Below the pieces are notes generated by a model. That model had not been told where the DNA came from, searched no databases, and saw nothing but the letters and a program-made list of their open reading frames with translations. Positions 28,286 through 36,682 of a DNA stretch of 64,000 nt are shown piece by piece. Source of the DNA: an uncultured Mageeibacillus sp. (GTDB lineage Bacteria > Bacillota > Clostridia > Saccharofermentanales > UBA5734). The stretch's first letter is position 1. Each line of letters opens with the position of its first letter. A program made the position numbers and the translations under genes. Location: assembly GCA_964528645.1 (NCBI GenBank), contig CAZGSR010000011.1:405-64404 (forward strand). The letters run 5' to 3'.

Positions 28286-29593
28286 ATGGAAATCATCAGA
28301 GGCGGTACCGTATCCAGACTGATCGGTGCGACTCAAATCCCGAAGTTGTTCCGCGCGAAACAGACGTTTGATCGCTGCCAGATCAAACCGGAAGAAATTC
28401 CATCCGTTGTATTTGAACAGCTAAGCCAGCCTGCATTTGACAGCTTGATCTGTGCCGGTATGGAAATTGCCATCACGGCAGGTAGCCGCGGGATTCGCAA
28501 CGTAGACTGGATCACCCGCACCATCGTTGATTTTGTCCGTTCAAAAGGGGCCATCCCATTTATCGTGCCAGCCATGGGAAGCCATGGCGGTGCAACCGCC
28601 GAGGGCCAGCTGGAGATTCTGGCGGGATATGGCATCACCGAGAAAACCATGGGGTGTGACATCCGTTCTTCCATGGAGACCATTGACTTGGGGTACTCAG
28701 AGCTGGGCAAGCGAGTCGTGATCGACAAACATGCCTTCCAGGCGGATGGGATCATTGTTTCATGCCGGTTAAAACCACACAATGCATTCCGGGGGCCCTA
28801 TGAAAGCGGACCTTGCAAGATGATGACCGTCGGCCTGGGTAAGCAAGTCGGAGCAGAAGTCGTTCACAGCGACGGCATGGGTGTGATTGGCCAGCATATC
28901 CCAACCATGGCCAACGTTGTCCTGGAAAAGGCACCGATCCTTTTTGCCATCCCCAGCATTGAAAATGCCTATGACGAAACCTGCAAGATCGAGGCAATTC
29001 TGGCCCAGGATATCCTGAAACGGGAGCCGGAGCTGCTCGAGTTTGCTAAGGCCAGCATGCCCCGGCTGATCATTGGCGAGGGTGACGTCCTGGTAGTCGA
29101 CGAGATCGGGAAAAACTTCAGCGGGACTGGTGTTGATCCCAATATCACGGGGACTTTCTCGACACATTTTGCGACTGGTGGCGTCCAGGTTCAGCGAACC
29201 TGCATGCTGCGCCTCAGCGAAGTCTCCCACGGCAATGGCTTGGGTGTGGGCTTGGCTGATGCGATCACCAAACGCATCTTTGATGATCTTGACCCAGAAA
29301 AAATGTACCCTAACTGCATCACCAGCACCGTGCTTGCTTCTGCCAGGATTCCCTGTGTTGTAGCCACAGAAAAAGAGGCCATCCAGTTATGCATCAAGAC
29401 ATGTAACAGGGTGGATCAAGAAAAGATTCGATTGATCCGGATCCCCAATAGTCTGCACATCGGCCAAATCATGCTCTCGGAAGCCTATTATGCGGATGTG
29501 GTTGCTGGAAAATATCCCGGGCTGGAGGCGTTGGGTGAACCGGAAGAGCTGGTCTTCGATGAAAATGGCGTCATCAAAACCGAAATTTCCTGA
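28286..29593 (+). CDS. LarA-like (lactate racemase N-terminal domain / DUF2088-type) protein, possible 2-hydroxyacid racemase or epimerase
   Basis: Hand alignment to the LarA core gives these correspondences: ITAGSRGI to SDHTRP, VPAMGSHGGATAEGQ to VATGFHRPST, and RLKPHNAFRGPYESGPCKMM to IESHFFAGFSGGRKSV. Candidate His, His and Lys positions are therefore retained. I could not run an HMM. Confidence 0.45.
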   Translation: MEIIRGGTVSRLIGATQIPKLFRAKQTFDRCQIKPEEIPSVVFEQLSQPAFDSLICAGMEIAITAGSRGIRNVDWITRTIVDFVRSKGAIPFIVPAMGSHGGATAEGQLEILAGYGITEKTMGCDIRSSMETIDLGYSELGKRVVIDKHAFQADGIIVSCRLKPHNAFRGPYESGPCKMMTVGLGKQVGAEVVHSDGMGVIGQHIPTMANVVLEKAPILFAIPSIENAYDETCKIEAILAQDILKREPELLEFAKASMPRLIIGEGDVLVVDEIGKNFSGTGVDPNITGTFSTHFATGGVQVQRTCMLRLSEVSHGNGLGVGLADAITKRIFDDLDPEKMYPNCITSTVLASARIPCVVATEKEAIQLCIKTCNRVDQEKIRLIRIPNSLHIGQIMLSEAYYADVVAGKYPGLEALGEPEELVFDENGVIKTEIS

Positions 29594-29683
29594 TGATTGA
29601 TCCGGTCAGGTCGTTCGCTTTCACTGACCGCATCCATGTTATGATGGAACTGTCTTACCACCCATGAAATTACGAGGTGCCCG

Positions 29684-31600
29684 ATGTCTGGAATCGCATT
29701 GTTTGTCCCCCGCGAAGAAATGGTTGGCTATGCCCACAAAATTCTCCAGAGCGAAGATTTCGGCATCCAGGAGATCCGCCGGATCGAGACCAGCCAGGCG
29801 GTCCGCGAGGCACAGGAAGCCCAGAAACGTGGTATCAACATCATCATCGCCCGCGGCTATCAGGCGTCGCTGATCAAAAAGCATACTGATATTCCAGTGG
29901 TCGAAATCGCACTGACTGGACAGGAAATGGGGCTTCTGATCACCCGCGCCAAACAGTTGGTTGAAAAAGAAAACCCCGTCATTGCCGTCGTCGGTCCAAG
30001 CAACATGTTCTGCGACATGACGTATTTCGACCAGATTTTCCAGGTCCAGGTCAAACCTTATCTGGCCACAGATGCCGATGCCCTGAACCTGTGCGTCAGC
30101 CAAGCTATTTACGAAGGCCCCGACATCATCATCGGTGGTGACACCGCGATGGCAGCTGCAGCCAAGGCGAAAATCCCGGCACTTTTCATGGATTCAACCG
30201 AAGACTCTCTGCGCGAGGCCTTCAAGGTGGCCAAGAAACTGAAATTCGTCCGTGAAACTGAGAAGCAGAACGTGGCTCAGATGGATATCCTGCTGGATTA
30301 CTCTTTCAGCGGTATCATCAAAATGGACAGCGTGGGCACGGTCCTCGTGGTCAACCACAGCATGGAGGAGATCCTCGACAAGCGTGCGGTCGAACTGATC
30401 GGGCGCCCACTCCAGGACGTCGTCCGCGACCTCGACCGGGACAGCATCACGCAGGTTCTGTCATCCGGTGACCAGATCTACTCGACCTTCCTGACCTTGA
30501 ACAATAATGCTCTGGTGGTCAATCTGGCCCCGATCCTGGTCGAAGGGCGCATCGATGGCGCAATCCTGACTTGCCACAAGGTCAAAAAGCTGGAAAAGTT
30601 ACCGTCAGACCTGTTGCGCGAGCGTTACCTGATGGGCCTGGTTGCCCAGGGCGATTTCGACCAGATCCCGCAAAATTCAGCAGCGATCAAGGACGGTATC
30701 CGTCTGGCCCGGCTCTATGCCCAGTCCAAAAGTCCGGTCCTGATCCACGGTGAAATAGGTACCGAGAGAGAGACATTCGCCCAGGCCATCCACCGCCACA
30801 GTCTGAACAAGAACGGCCCCTTCATCACGATCAACTGCCACGGCATGGATGATGGTATGCAGGCGGAGGTCCTGTTCGGCGCGACCGTCGAGTCCAGTGG
30901 CCAGCAGGAGCGAGAATCCGGCGCGCTGGCGATTGCCAGCCAGGGGACGCTTTTGATCAGCGAAATCGACCACCTATCCCTCAACAACCAGTACCGCCTC
31001 TACAAGGCGATCCGCTATAAATCCCTGATCAAAAACGATGTCGTCCGCTCGTTGAACCTCGATGTCCGGATCATCGCCACAACCTCCCGCCACCTCGACA
31101 CCTTGGTTGAGCAAGGCCTGTTCCGGGCTGATCTCTATTACCTGCTCAATGGCCTGACCCTCGCCATCCCGCCCCTGCGCGAACGGCGCGAGGACATCGG
31201 CCATTTCCTCGACTTGTTCACCAAACGTTATTTCGACATCTATGCCCGTTTTCATGTCCTGACAGCCGGCGCGCGCAAAACCATCCTCGATTACAACTGG
31301 GAGGGCAACATCATCCAGCTCGAGAGCTTTTGCGAGCGCATGATCCTGACCGCCAGTCATCGGACGATCGACGAGGTCTTCATCAAAGACCTGATGCAGC
31401 AGCTCTATCCACTGATCCAGCGCCAGGAGGGGCGGGAAACCGTCGTCGTCTACCAGAGCCCGGAGGCGATCGCGATCACCCAGGCTCTGGAAAACCACCA
31501 GGGCAACCGCGAACTCGCTGCCACCGAGCTCGGCATCAGCAAGACCACCCTCTGGCGCTACATGAAAAAGTTTGGTATTTCAAGCAAGTTCAATCTGTAA
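29684..31600 (+). CDS. PrpR_N-PAS-AAA+-Fis-HTH regulator (sigma-54 activator architecture) with degenerate ATPase and no GAFTGA loop
   Basis: It has an N-terminal PrpR-type domain and a PAS-like region (IIKMDSVGTVLVVNHSMEEILD). The AAA+ core reads VLIHGEIGTERE (canonical GESGTGKE), LLISEID (canonical LFLDEIG) and LFGATVESSGQQ (canonical LFGHEKGAFTGA). PPLRERREDI is retained, and the C-terminal HTH is NRELAATELGISKTTLWRYMKKFGI. Confidence 0.8.
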   Translation: MSGIALFVPREEMVGYAHKILQSEDFGIQEIRRIETSQAVREAQEAQKRGINIIIARGYQASLIKKHTDIPVVEIALTGQEMGLLITRAKQLVEKENPVIAVVGPSNMFCDMTYFDQIFQVQVKPYLATDADALNLCVSQAIYEGPDIIIGGDTAMAAAAKAKIPALFMDSTEDSLREAFKVAKKLKFVRETEKQNVAQMDILLDYSFSGIIKMDSVGTVLVVNHSMEEILDKRAVELIGRPLQDVVRDLDRDSITQVLSSGDQIYSTFLTLNNNALVVNLAPILVEGRIDGAILTCHKVKKLEKLPSDLLRERYLMGLVAQGDFDQIPQNSAAIKDGIRLARLYAQSKSPVLIHGEIGTERETFAQAIHRHSLNKNGPFITINCHGMDDGMQAEVLFGATVESSGQQERESGALAIASQGTLLISEIDHLSLNNQYRLYKAIRYKSLIKNDVVRSLNLDVRIIATTSRHLDTLVEQGLFRADLYYLLNGLTLAIPPLRERREDIGHFLDLFTKRYFDIYARFHVLTAGARKTILDYNWEGNIIQLESFCERMILTASHRTIDEVFIKDLMQQLYPLIQRQEGRETVVVYQSPEAIAITQALENHQGNRELAATELGISKTTLWRYMKKFGISSKFNL

Positions 31601-31637
31601 ATGGCGCGAGAGGAGCAGAGCATGGGGCCATATCAAT

Positions 31638-31673
31638 TTGAGATCTAAAGAAAAAGAGGTATAATATCTTTAG
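31638..31673 (+). promoter_or_regulatory. Promoter with flanking inverted repeat (operator) for the second Phd/ParE operon
   Basis: TTGAGA (31638-31643), a 16-nt spacer, then TATAAT (31660-31665). The inverted repeat CTAAAGA (31645-31651) / TCTTTAG (31667-31673) brackets the -10. Confidence 0.55.
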
Positions 31674-31696
31674 GAAACTCAAAGGAGGCAAGCACG

Positions 31697-31969
31697 ATGC
31701 CACTCATTAAATCCAGTACCGATCTACGGAATAACTATAACGATATTTCCACCTTTTGCCATGAAAACCATGAACCCGTTTTTATTACGAAAAATGGCCA
31801 AGGGGATTTAGCCGTCATGAGCATTGAAACATATGAAGCCCTGAGCGGAAAACTTGAACTGTATCGACTGCTGGACGAGGGCAGGTCTGCTATCAAAGCT
31901 GGTAAAAAACGCCCTTTAAAAGAAGTGATGAATGATATCAAACAGGGTATCGCTGATGGCAAATTATAA
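31697..31969 (+). CDS. Type II antitoxin, Phd/YefM family (second copy)
   Basis: MPLIKSSTDLRNNYNDISTFCHENHEPVFITKNGQGDLAVMSIETYEAL is closely parallel to the antitoxin at 1045-1332. AAGGAGG lies upstream. Confidence 0.85.
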   Translation: MPLIKSSTDLRNNYNDISTFCHENHEPVFITKNGQGDLAVMSIETYEALSGKLELYRLLDEGRSAIKAGKKRPLKEVMNDIKQGIADGKL

Positions 31970-32270
31970 GATTGACGTATCTGAACCAGCCGAAAATGAT
32001 CTCAAAGAGATTGTCCGCTATATAACTTCTCAGCTGTCTGCTCCACTATCAGCGATCCATCTGATGGATTTGATTGAATCTGCAATCGAGGGATTATCCG
32101 ACATGCCTCAGCGGTTCCCATTGATTTCTGATGAACGTCTATCGCAGATGGGATACAGGAAGCTCGTTGTTAAAAACTATGTTGTGTTCTATTTGATTGA
32201 TGAGAAAAATAAAGTGGTTGAAATCGGAAGAATTCTGTATGGCAGACGCGACTGGCTGAGTCTTCTCTAA
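31956..32270 (+). CDS. Type II toxin, RelE/ParE family (second copy)
   Basis: The ATG at 31956 overlaps the antitoxin end by 14 nt. The protein begins MANYKIDVSEPAENDLKEIVRYI and ends KNYVVFYLIDEKNKVVEIGRILYGRRD, parallel to the toxin at 741-1052. Confidence 0.8.
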   Translation: MANYKIDVSEPAENDLKEIVRYITSQLSAPLSAIHLMDLIESAIEGLSDMPQRFPLISDERLSQMGYRKLVVKNYVVFYLIDEKNKVVEIGRILYGRRDWLSLL

Positions 32271-32275
32271 TTTTA

Positions 32276-32968
32276 TCAAACCAGCCAGCTGCTCAGCAGG
32301 GGTGCCATCAGGACCGTGGCCAGTCCGGCCAGACTGATCGACAGACCGCTCATCGCGCCCTCGACTTCACCGATTTCCAAGGCCTTGGCCGTGCCGAGCA
32401 CGTGTGAGGCGGTGCCGATGGCGATGCCCTGGGCGACGGGATCGGTGATTTTCAAGATCCTGAACAAAGGCTGCGCCAGGACAGCGCCGAAAATGCCAGT
32501 GACGACGATCGCGGCGACGGTGACTTGCGGCAGACCACCCAGCTGCTCGGACAGGGCGATGCCGATCGGCGTCGTGACGGATTTGGGCAGCATCGAAAGT
32601 AGCAGTTCCTGCGACAGGTGAAACAGCTTGGACAAAAAGATGATCGACAACAAACTCAGCAGGCTCCCGGCCACGATCCCGGTGAGAATCGGTCCAGGAC
32701 TTTCCTTGAGCAGGCGGATGCTTTTATACAGCGGGATGGCCAGTGCGACGGTCGCCGGGGCCAACAGGAAGCTGATGATCTGCCCGCCTCGATTGTAGTC
32801 CTCCAGCGACAGGGGCGTCAGTTGGATCAGGAGAATAATCAGGGCAACAGCGATTAAAAGCGGATTGAGCAGAGAGAGCCGCGTCTTGCGGTTGAGCCAG
32901 AGACCGGTTTCGAAAGCCAGTAAGGATATCAAGACGCCGAACACAGGTGTGGCTAGAATATCCGTCAT
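32276..32968 (-). CDS. lrgB: LrgB/CidB-family membrane protein
   Basis: This 230-aa polytopic protein overlaps the upstream lrgA-like gene in an ATGA start/stop overlap. It contains LLNPLLIAVALIILL and PKSVTTPIGIALSEQLGG, typical of LrgB. Confidence 0.85.
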   Translation of the reverse strand: MTDILATPVFGVLISLLAFETGLWLNRKTRLSLLNPLLIAVALIILLIQLTPLSLEDYNRGGQIISFLLAPATVALAIPLYKSIRLLKESPGPILTGIVAGSLLSLLSIIFLSKLFHLSQELLLSMLPKSVTTPIGIALSEQLGGLPQVTVAAIVVTGIFGAVLAQPLFRILKITDPVAQGIAIGTASHVLGTAKALEIGEVEGAMSGLSISLAGLATVLMAPLLSSWLV

Positions 32969-33309
32969 ACGCGTTTCCTCAGCCTCTGAACGATCAGCCC
33001 CGTCAGGGCGAGAACGAGAATCGTTGTGACGAACGCAATCAGGATGAGGACCAGCCAGTTGCCCTGGATCACACCAAGGATGGCCAGAAGGCCAACCCCA
33101 GCTGGGACAAACAATACCGTCATATGGCTTAAAAGGAACTGTGCCACCCCTTCGACTTGTTCGAGCTTGACCAGACCAGTCAAAAGCGCACCGAGAAGCA
33201 AAATCAGGCCCAAGATGTTGCCCGGCAGGGGGACGCCCAAGCCGCGATTGAGAAAATCACCCAGGAAGACAAACAGTAAAAGGAGCGCCAGCTGGCGCAA
33301 CGCTTTCAT
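32965..33309 (-). CDS. lrgA: LrgA/CidA-family holin-like membrane protein
   Basis: This 114-aa, 4-TM protein contains LPGNILGLILLLGALLTG, typical of LrgA. Its start overlaps the stop of the dehydrogenase gene (ATGA). Confidence 0.8.
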   Translation of the reverse strand: MKALRQLALLLLFVFLGDFLNRGLGVPLPGNILGLILLLGALLTGLVKLEQVEGVAQFLLSHMTVLFVPAGVGLLAILGVIQGNWLVLILIAFVTTILVLALTGLIVQRLRKRV

Positions 33310-34343
33310 GACGAAGCCCCGGAGGCCGCGTTCGGCTGGCTTTCAGACTGGACACCTGCAACTTGGGTCGTGCGGTAGCCGGTGCTGCTGTCGACGACAT
33401 TTTCCAGCTGCTCGCCGCGGATGAAATGACCCAGATTGCGGGTCGCCAGGGCGACGATCGAATCCAGGGTCGCCTGGAGATGGTAGAAACCAGAGACATG
33501 CGGTGTGATCATGGCGTTGGGCAGGGACCACAGGCGGTGATCGGCCGGCAGAGGCTCCGGATCGGTGACATCGAGGCCGGCGCCGCCCAGATGGCCAGCG
33601 ACCAGTGCGTCACAGAGCGCCTCAGTCTCGATCGCATTGCCACGCCCAACATTGAGCAGGACGGCACCTGGTTTCATCCGGGCCAGTCGTTCGCGGTTGA
33701 TCAGATGGACGGTCTGGGGTGTTTCCGGCAGCGTCAGGGCGACCACGTCGGCCAGGGGCAGCAGATCATCGAGCTCAGCGAGGCCATGGACCGAGGACAC
33801 GTAATCCGGCTTGCCTGCCGCTGGCATGCGCCGGATACCCAGTACCGTACTTCCCAGGGCCTGCATCCTGCGGGCAAACTGGCTGCCGATGTCGCCCAGT
33901 CCGATGACCAGGGTGGTCGAACCTGTGATCGATGTCACAGCTCCTTCATCATGCCACAGAGCACGTTTCTGGTTGTCGCGATAGAGGTGCAGCTTTTTGA
34001 TCAGCATGAGGCACAGACCCAGCATGTGTTCGGAAATCGCCAGGCCATAGGAGCCGCTGGCGTTGGTCAGCTGTGTGCCTTCTGGCAGTACGCCGGGCTT
34101 GGCATAGTCATTGGAACCAGCGGAATTGAGCTGGATCCAGCGCAGCCGCTGGGCGTCCCTCAGCAGGGCAGGGGGGACATTGCCGAGGATGATGTCCGTC
34201 GCTGCAACATCCGTTGCCTGCAGGGCCTCGCGGCTGGTGTAGATGAAGGCATGGCCAGGCGCCTGGCTTTCCAGATCACGACGCTGATCGGGCGTCATGG
34301 GAATCGTGACAAGAATATTTTGCATAGGCAGGTCCGGTCGCAT
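33306..34343 (-). CDS. D-isomer-specific 2-hydroxyacid dehydrogenase (glycerate/hydroxypyruvate-type candidate)
   Basis: The ATG at 34343 follows AAGGAG. It has the NAD motif VIGLGDIGSQFARRM and the catalytic context LLNVGRGNAIETEAL and ITPHVSG. Confidence 0.85.
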   Translation of the reverse strand: MRPDLPMQNILVTIPMTPDQRRDLESQAPGHAFIYTSREALQATDVAATDIILGNVPPALLRDAQRLRWIQLNSAGSNDYAKPGVLPEGTQLTNASGSYGLAISEHMLGLCLMLIKKLHLYRDNQKRALWHDEGAVTSITGSTTLVIGLGDIGSQFARRMQALGSTVLGIRRMPAAGKPDYVSSVHGLAELDDLLPLADVVALTLPETPQTVHLINRERLARMKPGAVLLNVGRGNAIETEALCDALVAGHLGGAGLDVTDPEPLPADHRLWSLPNAMITPHVSGFYHLQATLDSIVALATRNLGHFIRGEQLENVVDSSTGYRTTQVAGVQSESQPNAASGASS

Positions 34344-34401
34344 GGGTTCTCCTTACAAATATGGTTTCACCTGTGCCCCGAACTGCTGCGGTCAGACTGA
34401 T

Positions 34402-35919
34402 TTATGTAATCGGGGCCGGATTGAAAATGCACAGGTCATTGGCCAGGTTGTATTGTTCAGCATAAGGCATTTTGCGGCCGCTGGCCACATCAAGAATCAA
34501 ATGGAAGAGTTCAGTGCCGACTTCGGCAATGGAGGATTCGCCGCGAGCGATTACGCCCGCATCGACATCAATCAGATCACTCCAGATATTTTTCAGGTTG
34601 GAGCGGGAGGAGACCTTAATCACCGGAGCCGCTGCGAGGTTATAGGGGGTGCCACGGCCGGTCATGAAGACCTGGAGCGTGATGCCAGAGGCCAGTTGCA
34701 TCGGTCCGCAGACGAAATCACTGGCCGGGGTGGCGGCAAAGATCAGGCCCTTTCGGGTCGGGCGTTCGCCGGGGGATAGGACTTCGACAATCGGGGCCGT
34801 GCCGGACTTGGCGATCGAACCCATCGCTTTTTCGACGATGTTCGACAAACCGCCCTTTTTGTTGCCGGGGGTTGGATTGGCACTGCGATCGACTTCGCTG
34901 CCAGCCAGATAGTCATCATACCAGGCCATTTCTGCCGCCAATTTTTTCACAACAGATTCCTCCGTGCACCGCTGGGCGAGCAAATGGACGCCGTCACGGA
35001 CTTCCGTGACTTCGGAGAACATCACCGTCGCACCTGCAGAGATCAGCAGATCGGAGGCGAAGCCTGCCGATGGATTGGAGGTGATGCCGGAGAAGGCGTC
35101 GCTGCCGCCGCACTGCATGCCGATGCACAGATCAGACAGGGGCAGCGTTTCCCGCCGCCGCTGATTCAGCCGGGCCAGTTTTTGATCGGCCATATGAAGG
35201 ATCGCCTCGATCATGGCGGCAAAGCCCGCACACTCCTGCAGCGTGATCACGTTCTCCGGGGTGTTTTCTTCCGGGGTGAGCAATTTGTCGGGTGTCAGTT
35301 TTTCACAGCCAAGGGCGACGACCATCAGCTCGCCGCCGAAATTGGGGTTTTCCTTGAGATTGCGCAGGGCCCGGATCGGGATGATGGCGTCCGGGGCATT
35401 GATCGCGACCCCGCAGCCATAGGCATGATTGATCGGAACGACCCCATCGACGTGCGGATATTTCGGCAACAGTTCGCGCCGGATGCGATCGACGGCGACA
35501 TTGAGTACCCCAGTGACACACTGCACCGTGGTATGGATGGCCAGGAGATTTCGCGTGCCGGCGAAACCGCCTGTGGGACGACGGAAACCCTCAAAGGTCA
35601 GGATGGGCGGTTGTGGCAGCTGGACAGTATGGTCCGGATTGGCCTTCAGCTCACTGGTGGCAGGTGTCCGGGGCAGGTCAAGCATGAACTCGTTGATCCA
35701 CTGGCCGGCTGCGATCGGAGCGAGGGCGTAGCCGAGGATGACACCATAGCGGATGACAGGATCCCCCGCTGAAATGGCCTGCAGGGCGACCTTGTGTGCC
35801 TCCGGGATCGGATCGAGAGTCCATAGCGATTCTGTTACTGGTGTCCCGGCCGGACAGTCCGAGATGGATATGGCCACGTTATCTTGTGGTAGTATTTGAA
35901 TGAATTGTTTTTCCAGCAT
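34402..35919 (-). CDS. UxaA-family sugar-acid dehydratase (galactarate/altronate dehydratase type)
   Basis: The ATG at 35919 follows AAGGAGGG. It has an N-terminal SAF domain (ILPQDNVAISISDCPAGT...IPEAHKVAL) and then a large UxaA C-domain (GMQCGGSDAFSGITSNP, FMTGRGTP). Confidence 0.85.
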   Translation of the reverse strand: MLEKQFIQILPQDNVAISISDCPAGTPVTESLWTLDPIPEAHKVALQAISAGDPVIRYGVILGYALAPIAAGQWINEFMLDLPRTPATSELKANPDHTVQLPQPPILTFEGFRRPTGGFAGTRNLLAIHTTVQCVTGVLNVAVDRIRRELLPKYPHVDGVVPINHAYGCGVAINAPDAIIPIRALRNLKENPNFGGELMVVALGCEKLTPDKLLTPEENTPENVITLQECAGFAAMIEAILHMADQKLARLNQRRRETLPLSDLCIGMQCGGSDAFSGITSNPSAGFASDLLISAGATVMFSEVTEVRDGVHLLAQRCTEESVVKKLAAEMAWYDDYLAGSEVDRSANPTPGNKKGGLSNIVEKAMGSIAKSGTAPIVEVLSPGERPTRKGLIFAATPASDFVCGPMQLASGITLQVFMTGRGTPYNLAAAPVIKVSSRSNLKNIWSDLIDVDAGVIARGESSIAEVGTELFHLILDVASGRKMPYAEQYNLANDLCIFNPAPIT

Positions 35920-36085
35920 GGTCAGCCCTCCTTGAGGCAGGTGTCCAGGTGAGATCCTAACAGATACCATTATCAGCTGCTGACCGCTGCTCGCAATTGA
36001 CAGGTGCATAGACTTGGCCAGCGATTTTTGTCGGACATGGCAAGTGTGCAGGACCTGAAATGAAAACTGGAAAGGATCGTGCAAA

Positions 36086-36682
36086 TTGTCTGTTAAAAGC
36101 CCTGCTTATTTCAGCTTGCTGGCAACATTTTTCAAAATCGGCCTTTTCACTTTTGGTGGTGGCTATGCGATGATTCCGCTGATCGAGCGCGAAGTGGTCG
36201 AGAAACGCCACTGGATCAGTGAAAAGGACCTGGTTGACCTGATAGCGATCTCACAATCGCTGCCAGGTGTGTTTGCGATCAATCTCTCGACCTTCATCGG
36301 CCAGCGCCAGCGCGGCCGGCTGGGTGCCATCGCCAGTGCCATCGGGTGTGCACTGCCATCGTTTCTGGTCATTCTGGCCATCGCCGCGGGTCTGGCGCGC
36401 TACCAACAGTTGGCAATCGTGCAGCATTTTTTCATCGGTGTCCGGGCGGCTGTCACTGCCCAGATCCTGCTTGCCACCCTGAAAATGGGCCGCCAGATCG
36501 TCAAAGACAAGGTCACGGCCCTCATCGCCCTGATGGCCTGGGTTTTGGTCATAGCCATGGATCTGCATCCGGTCCTGACTGTCCTCGGCGGCGCGGCAGC
36601 TGGTCTGGCCCAGTACTGGCTGGCACCTGCCTACACGAGCCGGATCATCAAGCCGACACAAAAGGGCGGTGAAGCGTCATGA
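36086..36682 (+). CDS. chrA: Chromate transporter (CHR) family protein, first half-size subunit
   Basis: FFKIGLFTFGGGYAMIPLIEREVVEKRHWISEKD is the CHR signature. It has a TTG start and overlaps the second half-gene by 4 nt. Confidence 0.8.
   Translation: MSVKSPAYFSLLATFFKIGLFTFGGGYAMIPLIEREVVEKRHWISEKDLVDLIAISQSLPGVFAINLSTFIGQRQRGRLGAIASAIGCALPSFLVILAIAAGLARYQQLAIVQHFFIGVRAAVTAQILLATLKMGRQIVKDKVTALIALMAWVLVIAMDLHPVLTVLGGAAAGLAQYWLAPAYTSRIIKPTQKGGEAS

Noticed and set aside
33363-34400. A 345-aa plus-strand ORF that mirrors the 2-hydroxyacid dehydrogenase.
   Set aside because: It exactly shadows a gene with clear NAD and catalytic motifs on the other strand. Its own translation has no recognisable domain. 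The same reasoning applies to 34984-35772, 12880-13791, 13819-14544, 17687-18649, 21827-22597, 22594-23502, 47844-48644, 49625-50365, 50508-51155, 51055-51702 and 61312-62130.
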